A stretch of DNA of 64,000 nucleotides, taken from Leucoraja erinacea (lineage: Eukaryota). The stretch lies in NCBI RefSeq assembly GCF_028641065.1, contig NC_073389.1:40486001-40550000 (forward strand), given 5' to 3'. A program made the position numbers and the translations under genes. Shown here in pieces: positions 12,832 through 23,638 of the stretch (positions are counted from its first letter, which is position 1; each line of letters starts with the position of its first letter). The notes below the pieces were generated by a model. The model saw only the letters and a program-made list of their open reading frames with translations, was not told the DNA's origin and searched no databases.

Positions 12832-12962
12832 AATCTCCTTTCAAGAAACAACGACTGCATTTTAAGCGAGGTGTAGATTTGGAAGTCAAACTAAACCACC
12901 TACTATCATCTCAGCTGGTGCAGACTTTCGTATTGCACAGATATCCTGCAATTGATGATGAG
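12832..12962 (+). CDS. Cut8/Sts1-family protein, coding exon 3 (ESPFKKQRLHFKRGVDLEVKLNHLLSSQLVQTFVLHRYPAIDDE)
   Basis: ttttatttcag acceptor; GAG|GTATGC donor; phase 1 to 0; basic NLS-like stretch followed by an L..L...QL......HRYP pattern like the Cut8 dimerisation helices. Confidence 0.8.
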
Positions 12963-13133
12963 GTATGCCAGCTGACTACCTGTCACTAACTGAATAAACC
13001 ACAGTCTAAAAAATTTTGAGCCCAACCAGTCTCACCAGAGCTTCCCTCTAATGATCAAATTAAAAATGCACGGTAATTTGTGCTGTTGGGAGTTCGAACT
13101 ATATCAAAACCAATGCATTTTTTTCTGAAACAG

Positions 13134-13295
13134 GACAGGAACCTGGTTCTTCCGTCATTGATCTTGAAATTTGCTCAAGAACAGCTGGCATTAACCAAAA
13201 GAAGTGTTTATCGATCAATACCACGATGGCGCTTGGGATCCAACAGAGATGCCTACTGTTACCGCAAAGCACATAATCATCTTCGCATTTACAAG
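13134..13295 (+). CDS. Cut8/Sts1-family protein, coding exon 4 (DRNL...KRSVYRSIPRWRLGSNRDAYCYRKAHNHLRIYK)
   Basis: ttttttctgaaacag acceptor; AAG|GTTTGT donor; phase 0 to 0; S.P....S..D.Y.Y.K...HL motif. Confidence 0.8.
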
Positions 13296-14957
13296 GTTTG
13301 TATTTTCTGATAAAGATTGAATGGAAGGTCAATAGGGTGTTTGTTTTTCCTACAATTTTCTGTATATATACTATGTATGTTTCAATTGATATTTGAAATC
13401 ATGACCAGGAATGCAAGATCTTGATTTACCATTTTAAGATTGTTCTTTGCCCAAATATAATTATACACCCATGGGCATTTGACAGATTGACCAAATTACT
13501 TTATATTTATGTTGAGGAAGTTAAAATTAACCCTTCCAAATATTTGAAATCTTAAATGGGGGAAAAAAACAAACAGTGGAAACACTCAACACTGCTTGAC
13601 TGCTGCCTGAACTGCTATGTGATTCCAGTATTTTCAGTTTTTATTGGGATTATTACTGAACACATTCAGTGGAAATATTATATATTTTATTATTTTAGGT
13701 AGGTATGCTTTAATGGAAGTATTAGATTAGATGAGAATAAGGCATCAACATTTGTACTAAACTTGGTCTTGACAAGATGAATAAATAGTGAGACAATTTA
13801 GTTCAATGTGGCTCTTCCAAAAAGAAACCTCTGCGGGGTTGCAGAGCGATTTGCTTTCATCGCCTTGCATTGTGGTGAAGAGCTTGCTTGTTTTAGTTCT
13901 AAGTTTGTTTTTTTGTTGGGTACATAATCTATTTTATCCAAACAGGATTAGTCTGAAGTGATGTTCTGGATCTCTTTACCTTTCATTTCTTTTGAAGATT
14001 GTAAAAAGCAAATTTCTCTGGTACTTTATCAAAGTTGTGTCTTCGCCCACCATTCAAAACTTAAGACTTGACCATAAGCAGCACAATATCCCAAATACAG
14101 CCTGATTTGTTTTGTCTGTTTTCAATAATAGTTATAGTTTGGCATTCTATCTACTTTGCAATTTTTCAGTCCAAAATGCTGGCAATATTTCACCCTTATC
14201 CTTTGTGGATTTTCTAACTCTCTGAATCCGCGGTGTACCTTGCATTATTACATTGTATTTTTGTTTTCTAACTGCTTAAACAAATAATTTAATAACTCTC
14301 TCGTCTCTTGGTAGCACACCCAATGATTTGAATTTAGTTATATGTTATTCCAACTGCCTGAATGCATAAATAAAATTCAATACATTGGGTTCCAATCTTT
14401 AGGGTGTGTGGTGGGGGGTTCACTCCAGCTTTAATGTTTACAATGTATCTTCCCTTGACCCCACCACCCCAGTTTGTCCAGTGTTTACATTCATATGTAA
14501 TTGGTTATTTCCAGGAACCAAACCAACAATTTCCTCTTGCTGCAAGGTCCAAAAGCCTTGCTAGTTTAACATTTGAATTAAATGAAACAATCTATTCCTC
14601 CTTCACAGGTATGGTCTCAACATCCTGATTTTAAGCAACTGAAGGAGAAGAAATTGGGAACCTATTTTATCTGGTTCAAATGCAGCTACTGATTGAGCCA
14701 GAGGCATGTTTTCCTACATGGAAAAGTGCTGTCATGTTCCGATTGGCTATGTGAAATGTATTCAAATCAACTGAAGTGACTTTGAAAATTTTATGATAGA
14801 TTGGGTTCAATTGGCTTTGGTAAAATTGTAAATGATCCCTAGTGTGCAGGATAGTGTTAGTATACAAAGTGATCGCTGGTTGGCGCAGAATTGGTGGGCG
14901 GAATGGCCTGTTTCCACGTTGTATTTCTTAACTAAACTAAATTTTGTTTCTTTGCAG

Positions 14958-15184
14958 AGAACATGCCTGGAACAAGGAAAGCTATTATTGCAAGCAGAAC
15001 TCTGGGAGACTGCCTTAAACTACATACTGAATGCGTGGAGGTACACGAGTGAACTTCCACAGTGGGATAATAGTTTCCATAATGAATGTACACAACAGTG
15101 TTTTGCGGTTTTAGCTGTTCAGTGCTTAACTGCTTTGCAACGAAGCTGTCTGGCGTTGGAGAAGTATAAACAACTAAGGAAAAG
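14958..15184 (+). CDS. Cut8/Sts1-family protein, coding exon 5 (RTCLEQGKLL...W...AW..TSELPQWDNSFHNECTQQCFAVLA...)
   Basis: ttgtttctttgcag acceptor; AG|GTAAAT donor; phase 0 to 2; contains LPxWxNxxHN, the hallmark motif of the Cut8/Sts1 family. Confidence 0.88.
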
Positions 15185-15258
15185 GTAAATTGCTTGTACA
15201 GAGATGTTAAGAAATTAAAATAATTGATTTCTGGAAGTGGGGTTGAAGTCCTCTCCAG

Positions 15259-15543
15259 TTTAGTTAAGAGATGCAGCTTGGAAATAGGCCCTTCGGCCCA
15301 CCGAGTCCACACCGACCAGCGATCCCCGCACATTAACACTATCCTGCACACTAGGGACAATTTACAATTATACCAAGCCAATTAACCTACAATCCTGAAA
15401 ATCTTTGGAGTGTGGGAGGAAACTGGAGATCCTGGAGAAAACCCACGCAGGTCACGGGGAGAACGTACAAACTCCATGCAAATAGCATCCATAGTCGGGA
15501 TCGAACACGGGTCCCTGGAGCTGTAAGGCGCCACTGTGTCGCC
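15259..15543 (-). mobile_element. tRNA-derived V-SINE (HE1-like)
   Basis: Minus strand: GGCGACACAGTGGCG head, B-box GTTCGATCCC, V-domain GTTCTCCCCGTGACCTGCGTGGGTTTTCTCC...CCTCCCACACTCCAAAGA, TAAAC-type tail. Confidence 0.8.
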
Positions 15544-15880
15544 TACTCATAAACTATTAATTAAAAAGAAAATTGAATGTCTGGCATGAAAAATAAGATT
15601 GACCTTGTTTCTCCAAATGCACTTGCGTCTCAGGATATGGGTTTGGAAAATCTTAGTGCATTTTGTGAGGTGGTGGGGTGGAATCGTCAAGTCAACCCTC
15701 TAATGCATTTTGTTTTGAAGTAGCTGATAGTAGTTTGAAAACTTGAATAAAGTACCAATTAACTAACATTTTGTGCATAATTTAAAAAATGACTTGAATC
15801 TTTTCTCAACATCATGGATGAGGGGATTGGATAATAAACTCACCTTGTAAACCTTGGTTGGTATTTTAAAACTTTGTTGT

Positions 15881-16745
15881 AGAATGCAAGCCAGTTATCT
15901 ATATAATGCTAAAGTTCAAAAAGCAAAGATCAACCTTTTTTTAGTTGAGGTTGAGATTTGCACTTTTGTCTTTAATAGACAAAATCTCCAGAATGTTTGG
16001 TTGTAAAGTGTATTGTAGAAACTAGGACGTTTCTAAGTTCCGACCCAGCTGATGGCAACTTGACCTGAGCTTGACCTTAGGAAAGAAAAGTTGACCAAAA
16101 CTGTACACAATACTCTAGATGTGGTCTCACCAGAGCCCTATACAATTGCAGAAGAACCTCTTTACTCCTATACTGAAATCCTCTTGTTATGAAGGCCAAC
16201 ATTCCATTAGCTTTCTTCACTGCCTGCTGATGTGTGCAATGTTGTGACAAAACTTTGTTAAGTTGATGAAACATGGGGGGGATGACATAACTCAGGAAAC
16301 CTGCTGGAATAAATTTTTTAGAATGCAAGCCATAATCTATATAATGCTAAAGTTCAAGGCAAGATCTTTTTTAGTTGAGGTTGAGATTTGCACTTTTGTC
16401 TTGAATAGACAAAATCTCCAGAATGTTTGGTTGTAAAGTGTATTGTAGAAACTAGGACGTTTCTAAGTTCCGACCCAGCTGATGGCAACTTGACCTGAGC
16501 TTGACCTTAGGAAAGAAAAGTTGACCAAAACTGTACACAATACTCTAGATGTGGTCTCACCAGAGCCCTATACAATTGCAGAAGAACCTCTTTACTCCTA
16601 TACTGAAATCCTCTTGTTATGAAGGCCAACATTCCATTAGCTTTCTTCACTGCCTGCTGATGTGGCAATGTTGTGACAAAATTGTTAAGTTGATGAAACA
16701 ATGGGGATAGACATATTAACTCAGGACCTGCAGGAATATATATTT
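15881..16745 (+). repeat. Tandem duplication of a unit of about 430 bp (15881-16319 and 16320-16745) containing a CR1 fragment
   Basis: The central ~280 bp is identical between copies (both encode [13 protein letters not shown]...[11 protein letters not shown] on the minus strand); the ends differ by scattered indels. Confidence 0.9.
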
Positions 16746-17019
16746 TCACCTGCATAAGACCTTTTCTAGGCATATCTTCATATCAAGGCAGATGCATTCA
16801 TTCATTTCTAAAAGTAATCTAGTTACTATAATTTTGCTGTCTGAGTTTGCTGAAGTGCTTCATCAACAATGAATATGGGATTTGGTGATGATAACATTGT
16901 TGGTTTGACTCTGGCACTTAGTAGCTGAGTAACTGAGAGAAGGGAGAATACAATTGCAATTTACATGTTTTAAAAAAAAACTTTGAACTATGATCTAACA
17001 ATTCTTCTTTCTGTTTCAG

Positions 17020-17140
17020 ACTTAGAATTGCATATACGCAAAACAAGCTGATCAAACCCTGTCTTGAAGAGATGGAAACTATGCTTGTAGTCTTGGAATG
17101 CGGTTCTCCAGGACAAAATCAATCTTGTCTAAGTCCTTAA
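17020..17140 (+). CDS. Cut8/Sts1-family protein, last coding exon (RLRIAYTQNKLIKPCLEEMETML...CLSP*)
   Basis: ttctttctgtttcag acceptor; phase 2 continues the frame to TAA at 17138-17140; total CDS 795 nt = 264 aa. Confidence 0.8.
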
Positions 17141-18078
17141 AATTTCAACGAATAAGAAGTGCAGTGTGTCCATAATTAAAAATATTGTATGCCTTAATAG
17201 GAAAAAGACCGCTTCAGGTTGAGCACAAAAACATATATTGACATCAAATCTATTTGTTCAAAAAAAAAGTCCATACATGAGTATTTTTACTGTGCATTGG
17301 AATGGGTCCAGCACAACATAGGAAAATGGAAATTGGAATTAAAAGGAGGGATTTTTGTCATTTAAAGAGCAAAGAGAAAATAGTTTTTTTTTTTTTTTTT
17401 TTTTTTTTTAATGCTTAGTTGTGAAAGGTAGCCTTTGTCCTTTAACTTAAATTGTCCATCCTTGTAACAAAAGGAAGAGCAACCTGTAACTTTTAGCTGC
17501 AGGATTCCGACTTGAGTGAATATACAATTTTGACAATTAGGTTGATGTTTCTTGTGGAGGTTTGTGTAAGTATTGGTACGAGTCATTTCGGATATTTCTG
17601 AAGACGTGTTTCATGGAAACCTTGCAGTATAAAACTTGAGATTTTTGAATGCAAATTGTATTTTGAGAACCATTTTATTTAACTCCTCTGTATAAGAAAA
17701 ATGAATGTTGTAGATGTCATAGTATGCAGGTAGACGTGTTGTACCACAAATGTAGTGTAATGGCAATATTAGTAACCTAATAATGGTAATTGCACTTTAA
17801 CCTTTAACTACATACTGTTTTTAATGTGGAGTTTCTGGTATTAAACCAAAAAATGTTTGAGTGAATTTCGACTAGTTGGAAATATTTTCATATGTTAAAA
17901 AAACTATTTTCATTAATTTATGTATGAATTTCTTAAGTATAAATTTATCTAGTTATGCGTAATGTAATATGTTAATTGTTACTCGAACACTGAAATCCAA
18001 TGTATCTAACATGTTGTGAGTGGAAAATATGTAATTTATGTGTTGGTAATTGAGTCATTTGGTGTTTAAGGGTTTTCA

Positions 18079-18164
18079 AATAAAGTGAGTACTAACTTAT
18101 AACCTTATCAATGCATGGAAAGTGGGCCTGTAAATTCTCTATTTTGAAAATGTTGCAAAATAAA
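18079..18164 (+). terminator. Candidate polyadenylation signals of the Cut8/Sts1-like gene
   Basis: AATAAA at 18079 and 18159, ending an AT-rich, transposon-free stretch of about 1 kb after the stop codon. Confidence 0.45.
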
Positions 18165-18671
18165 ACACAATATGATTGCTTCTATATCATGCAGATTACT
18201 AGAGGGGTTTAAGGTCCTATTCAAAAACAATACATTTGCCAATTAGTGACTCAATCAAGTTGTAAAACAGATAAATTCACTGTTTGCTCAAAATCGTCAG
18301 GGGAAAAATATTTGCCTTGCCATTTACAACTTTACAACGGATATAGCCTTTGCACCCTTTCTTTGACTGAAATGTGCGTGATGTCAAAATTTTTCTTACT
18401 AGTGCGGTTTTCCTCCCAATATTCAATGGACCTTGTATCTTATTTATAGTTGATCTAGGTGCACTATTACTTGTCTCCATCCTACAGCACCAGTTAATCT
18501 GTGGATTGTAGTTACCTCTGCAAAATAAGTCAAATTACTTAAGAATCGCTGGAAAGGGAATCTTTATCCTTGCATTACCCAATTGCTCAAAATTTGGGTC
18601 GAGGCGTGAGATTAAAGGGATGAATGTGCTATTCAAATATGTGCACCAGCAATGAGTTAGGTAGTTCCGAG

Positions 18672-19476
18672 TTCAGATTCAGATTCAGATTCAATTTTAA
18701 TTGTCATTGTCAGTGTACAGTACAGAGACAACGAAATGCATTTAGCATCTCCCTTGAAGAGCGACATAGCAAACGATTTGAATAAAAAAATAATATCGGG
18801 GTGGGGTGGTGATTGGCAGTCACCGAGGTACGTTGTTGAGTAGAGTGACAGCCGCCGGAAAGAAGCTGTTCCTCGACCTGCTGGTTCGGCAACGGAGAGA
18901 CCTGTAGCGCCTCCCGGATGGTAGGAGGGTAAACAGTCCATGGTTGGGGTGAGAGCAGTCCTTGGCGATGCTGAGCGCCCTCCGCAGACAGCGCTTGCTT
19001 TGGACAGACTCAATGGAGGGGAGCATGGAACCGGTGATGCGTTGGGCAATTTTCACCACCCTCTGCAATGCCTTCCGGTCGGAGACAGAGCAGTTGCCAT
19101 ACCATACTGCGATGCAGTTGGTAAGGATGCTCTCGATGGTGCAGCGGTAGAAGTTCACCAGGATCTGAGGAGACAGATGGACCTTCTTCAGTCTCCTCAG
19201 GAAGAAGACACGCTGATGAGCCTTCTTGATCAGAGTAGAGGTATTGTGGGTCCAAGAGAGGTCATCGGAGATGTTGACTCCCAGGAACCTGAAGCTAGAA
19301 ACACGTTCCACCTCCGTCCCGTTAATGTGGATGGGGGTGTGCGTGCCGCCTCTGGACTTCCTGAAGTCTACAATGAGCTCCTTGGTCTTCTTGGAGTTAA
19401 GGGCCAGGTTGTTGTCAGCGCACCATGCTGCTAAGTGCTGGACCTCCTCCCTGTAGGCCAGCTCATCGTTGTTGCT
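18672..19476 (-). mobile_element. 5'-truncated Rex1/Babar-type LINE with an intact RT C-terminal frame and (CTGAAT)n tail
   Basis: ORF 18820-19488: W..DNNL.LN..KTKELIVDFRK...FRFLGV.I..DLSW...KKA.QR.FFLRRLK...YRCTIESILT; microsatellite tail at 18672-18692. Confidence 0.9.
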
Positions 19477-21105
19477 CAAAGATGGCATCTGTATTACCAG
19501 AATTAAGGCGCACGTGAGAAAAATGTGTTGTTTGCATCCTCTAATTTAGAATGTCACGGGTAAATAATAGAAATATCAAAAAAAATTAAGTATTTACAAA
19601 GATTTCTTGGAGAAAATAGATGTAATGGGGTAAAGAATGGGAAGAACTTTCTGAAAATACTTGGCTAGAGAATGAATGTGGTTTTATTTATTTAGAGGAT
19701 TACATTAGAGGTCGCTTTAACATCGTGACGCTTCAGAAGGTTGTATTTTGCAGTTTTCGCAAATATTGGCTTGGTCTACATTATTGTTGAAGCTTGGCTA
19801 GCAGATAAATCCAAAAGAAGTTTTGAAGAAATAATGAAAAACTTTCCAGTGTAGAAAATATTAATTTAAGGTAGTTAATAAATGGTGCACAGATGGCATG
19901 AGATATAGAATTGCACACTGTTATCATATGGAATAATAGTCTCTAATAGTGGAGGTAAGAGATTCAATGATAAATGCAAAAGAAAATTAAAGATTTGAGT
20001 GAGTATTTGCAGAAAAGGATAGGAGAATGGGGCTTTTGTTTTTGTCAATGTGCCAGCTTGGGCAGAGTGTCCTGGTTAAGGGCTATATTGTTCTATGATT
20101 CTTCTAATGTACCTCAATGAAATTTGCATCTTTTAAAAGCTGAAATTAAACACAATGTTCAAATGGTTAGCAAGAAATATCTAATCTCATTCCACAAGTC
20201 TAAACCTAGTTTTGGTTACCTAAACAAACCCACAAGGAGTTGCTTCTAGAAACCCAGAAGATAGATTAAAGAGACTACTGAAGTAACATCTGAAAATATG
20301 TTGCTTTTTTCAAATTTGCTTTATTTCTTGGAAAACAATCCATAGATTATTTGCATAGGATGCAACTTGTTTGGGTAGATCCTGCAGCATGTACTCCTGG
20401 TCTTGAGCATGTTCGTCCACAATCATACTTACCATTTCTTTCAAAGACGTTGAAAGTGTAGTGCCTTGCTTCCTAATTTCTCACAGTGATGTCCACATAG
20501 CTATGTCCCTCTTCTATAGATTATGAATTATTGTAAATTATCAGGGATGAAATTGAAACGAGTTGTTGTTTTGTAAGTACTTCAATTTGTATCATATTTT
20601 CTCTTGCATCTACTTAGCAGATTGAGAAAGCCATGCTTTTATGCTTAATTTGATTACTAATTCAGTCTATATTTTCTCATTGCAGAGGCACAAATTGTTA
20701 CTGTGGTACAGCTCTGCAACTTGCTCATGCCCTAATAGCTTGTTCTTCATCAGGACTACAAAAAACTATTTCATTGTGGAAGGTATAACAAAAGCCAAGC
20801 ATGTTTAATGTGCTTGCCACACAGGTTTTCGGTGTAAATATGACAAAAAATGAATGCCAATGGAAGCAGGAACTTAAAAGATTCTGAGTTATTCTACATA
20901 ATAGCACTGCAAAAATGGCGAAATGGTTAGTAAAATAAAGATAATTATTTTTACTAATACTTTGCAATATCAGGTGTAGAAATCACTTTCACCTGAGAGC
21001 AGTGATATTACTGCATTGCAAGCAGGATCTTTGATTGCAAGTGTCTGATAACCTTGTGGATTTGTATTTATTTTGCCTTGCATTTAATTAATTCAGAAAA
21101 ATTAA

Positions 21106-21171
21106 GTTCTGATTCAGATTCAATTTTAATTGTCATTGTCAGTGTACAGTACAAAGACAACGAAATGCATT
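21106..21171 (-). mobile_element. Short 3'-tail-only copy of the same Rex1-type LINE
   Basis: Near-identical to 18680-18741. Confidence 0.8.
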
Positions 21172-21449
21172 ATCGTACAATTATAAAGAACTCGACTTAA
21201 AGCACTCTGGCAAACTGAACTCTCATGCAATTTAGTAAGAGTAAATGTGTATGCACTAATAAACAATCTAAAGCACACAATATCTGTGGAGAGAACTCAA
21301 GTTATTGTTCAGGAGTGTGACTGATCAGATTTCAGTTCTGATTGTGAAGAAAGAATTGGTGTCAAAATAAATAAATTACTCATGCCATGAGTGATGTTTT
21401 AAAGATGTTTCTAAGAATCCTATATAGATGTTAAAATAATTGGTTTTGT

Positions 21450-22560
21450 AGATAATTTCGAAAGTTATCAAGAATTACAGTGGGGTCATGATCAGCTGGG
21501 TGAGTGGGCTGAGGTATGGCAAATAGAATGTAATTCAGGTAAGTGCACAATAATGCCTTTTGTTAAGTCAAAACAGGGTTGACTTTCACCTTTAACAATA
21601 GGGCCTTGGGGTGTGTTGTGAAACAGCGTAACCTAGGAGCACACATTCATAGTTGCCTAAACATGGCGTCACAGAGTGTGTGGTGCAAAAGGCTTTTGGC
21701 ACTCTGGAACTTCATCAGTTGGGAAATTGAGTAATGAAGCTGGGTCGTCATGCTACAGTTGTACAAGACAAGGTTGCATTTGGGGTTTTGTGTTCATTCA
21801 TGGTCACCCTGCATTGGAAGTAGGCCATTACGCTAGAAAGGGTGCAGAAATGATTTACTAAGATATTGCCAGGACTGAAAGGACCGAGTTACATGGAAAA
21901 ATTGGGCAGGTTAGAACTTAATTCCTGGGCATAGAGGATACTAAGGGCTGATCTGAGGTATATAAAATCATGAAGGGCTTCGATGGAGTGAATGCACAGT
22001 GTTGTGCCCCAAGGTAGTCTAGAAGAAGAAGACACAGCTTTAAGGTTTTTGGGTGGTACACTGGTGTAGCTGGTAGAGCTAGTTCCGCAGTACCAAAGGC
22101 CCAGGTTCAATTCTGACCTTTGATACTGTGCCTGGAGTGTTTGCACATTCACCTTGTGACTGCCTGGGTTTCCTCTGGCTGCTCAGTTTTCTCCCACATC
22201 CCAAAGATATTTATAGGTTATTATTTGGCTTCTGTAAATTGTTCCTCCTGTAGCGAGAGGCAATGAGGGAGTGGGATAATGGGTGATCGATGATTGGTGT
22301 GGACTGAAGTGCCTGTTTCCATGCTGTACCTATAAATTAAATGAAGGCGAGATGGAAAAGATTTAATAGGAAACTGAGAGCAAACATTTAACATAGACAT
22401 TGGAAAATGTATGAAACAAGCTACTAGAAGAGTGGTTAAGGGAGGTACAGTAACATGTAAAAGACAGTTGTACAGGTACATGGGTGGAAAAGGTTTAGAG
22501 GGCTATGGGTCAAATGAGGGCAAGTAGGATTAGTTTAGATGGACATCTTGGCCAGCGTGG
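21450..22560 (+). mobile_element. Degenerate CR1 fragment with a nested V-SINE (about 22051-22340)
   Basis: CR1-like nucleotide motifs on both sides of gggtggtacactggtgtag...ggttcaattctgac...ttttctcccacatcccaaaga. Confidence 0.65.
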
Positions 22561-23567
22561 ACGAGTTGAGCCCAAGGTCCTTTTAGTGAGATGCTCAGTG
22601 AGATGTGCTGTGGCAAGTGACCTTTCTGGACTAATGCAATACTTTCAATGTACAGGAACGCATCAAGCTCCAGAGTGGTTCACTCAGCTAAGTCCGTCAC
22701 AGACCCATTTATTCTCCCGCCCCCCCCCATCGAAAGCATCTATGCGAAGGATTCTCACTATATAATCTATGCCCTTTTTACTAGGATCTGTTTTCTGATT
22801 TTTTTTATTTTTGGTTTTGTTTCTTTCTTTTCCTTGTAAAATGTACGGAGTTTATGTGCCTGTAAGCAAGATTGTCATTGCACCTGTAATTCAGTACTTG
22901 TGTGCGTGGCTGGCTATACACTCCACTTGATTTGACTTTGACTTTGACTTGAGATCAGGAAAGAAGATTTACTGCACAGATGCCATCTGACCTGCTGAGT
23001 ATCTCTCCATATCACCGTCTATATCTCTCGGTTCCCTTTCCCCTAGACTCTCCCCAATCTGAAGAAAAGAAGGGTCTCGATCCTAAACGTCACCATTCCT
23101 TCTCTCCAGAGATGTGTCCATCTTCGAGTATTCGTAGTACTTTTGTTCTCTCCCATTTCCAGCAGACGATGCCATCCATTTAAATAAAATAATTGGCAAT
23201 GGGGATGCATGTGCATTTTACGACGATCCAAATTAATATTGCAAGAGTAAGATTAACAACATCTTTACCATCGTGATAACTCTCACGAACACCCAAGCAG
23301 TACCTGCCGTAAATCGACTTGTCCTATGAGTTCCATTACTACCAAAGAGGTTGCTAAAATGGGCGTGGAAAATGCCCATGATCCCCTCCATAGCGTACTA
23401 CACGTCAGTCCATTGCATTTAGCAGGAGTAGCCTATCTTGCTCCGCTATAAGATCTTTGATTACTACAAGCCTGTGGTTTTCACGACGCTCGGTCGCAGA
23501 GAGAGGAAAGATCCGGCGATACAGTTTACGGCAACAGCTGAGGGACAGACGTGGAAGCGGCGAGAGG

Positions 23568-23638
23568 ATGGCGGCGGCGGCGGCCGAGGATGAGCAGCCG
23601 GTACCGGGCGGCGGCGGCGGCGGCGCCAGCAGCAGTTG
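23568..23638 (+). CDS. TBC1D23: TBC1 domain family member 23, exon 1 (MAAAAAEDEQPVPGGGGGGASSSW)
   Basis: GC-rich exon; aggATGG Kozak context; TG|GTGGGT donor; phase 2 completes W in W-DKDL. Confidence 0.85.

Noticed and set aside
18940-19434. 164-aa plus-strand ORF
   Set aside because: Antisense shadow of the Rex1 RT frame
20680-21060. Repeat-poor intergenic stretch with an acceptor-like site
   Set aside because: No sustained reading frame or matching donor; a gene cannot be supported
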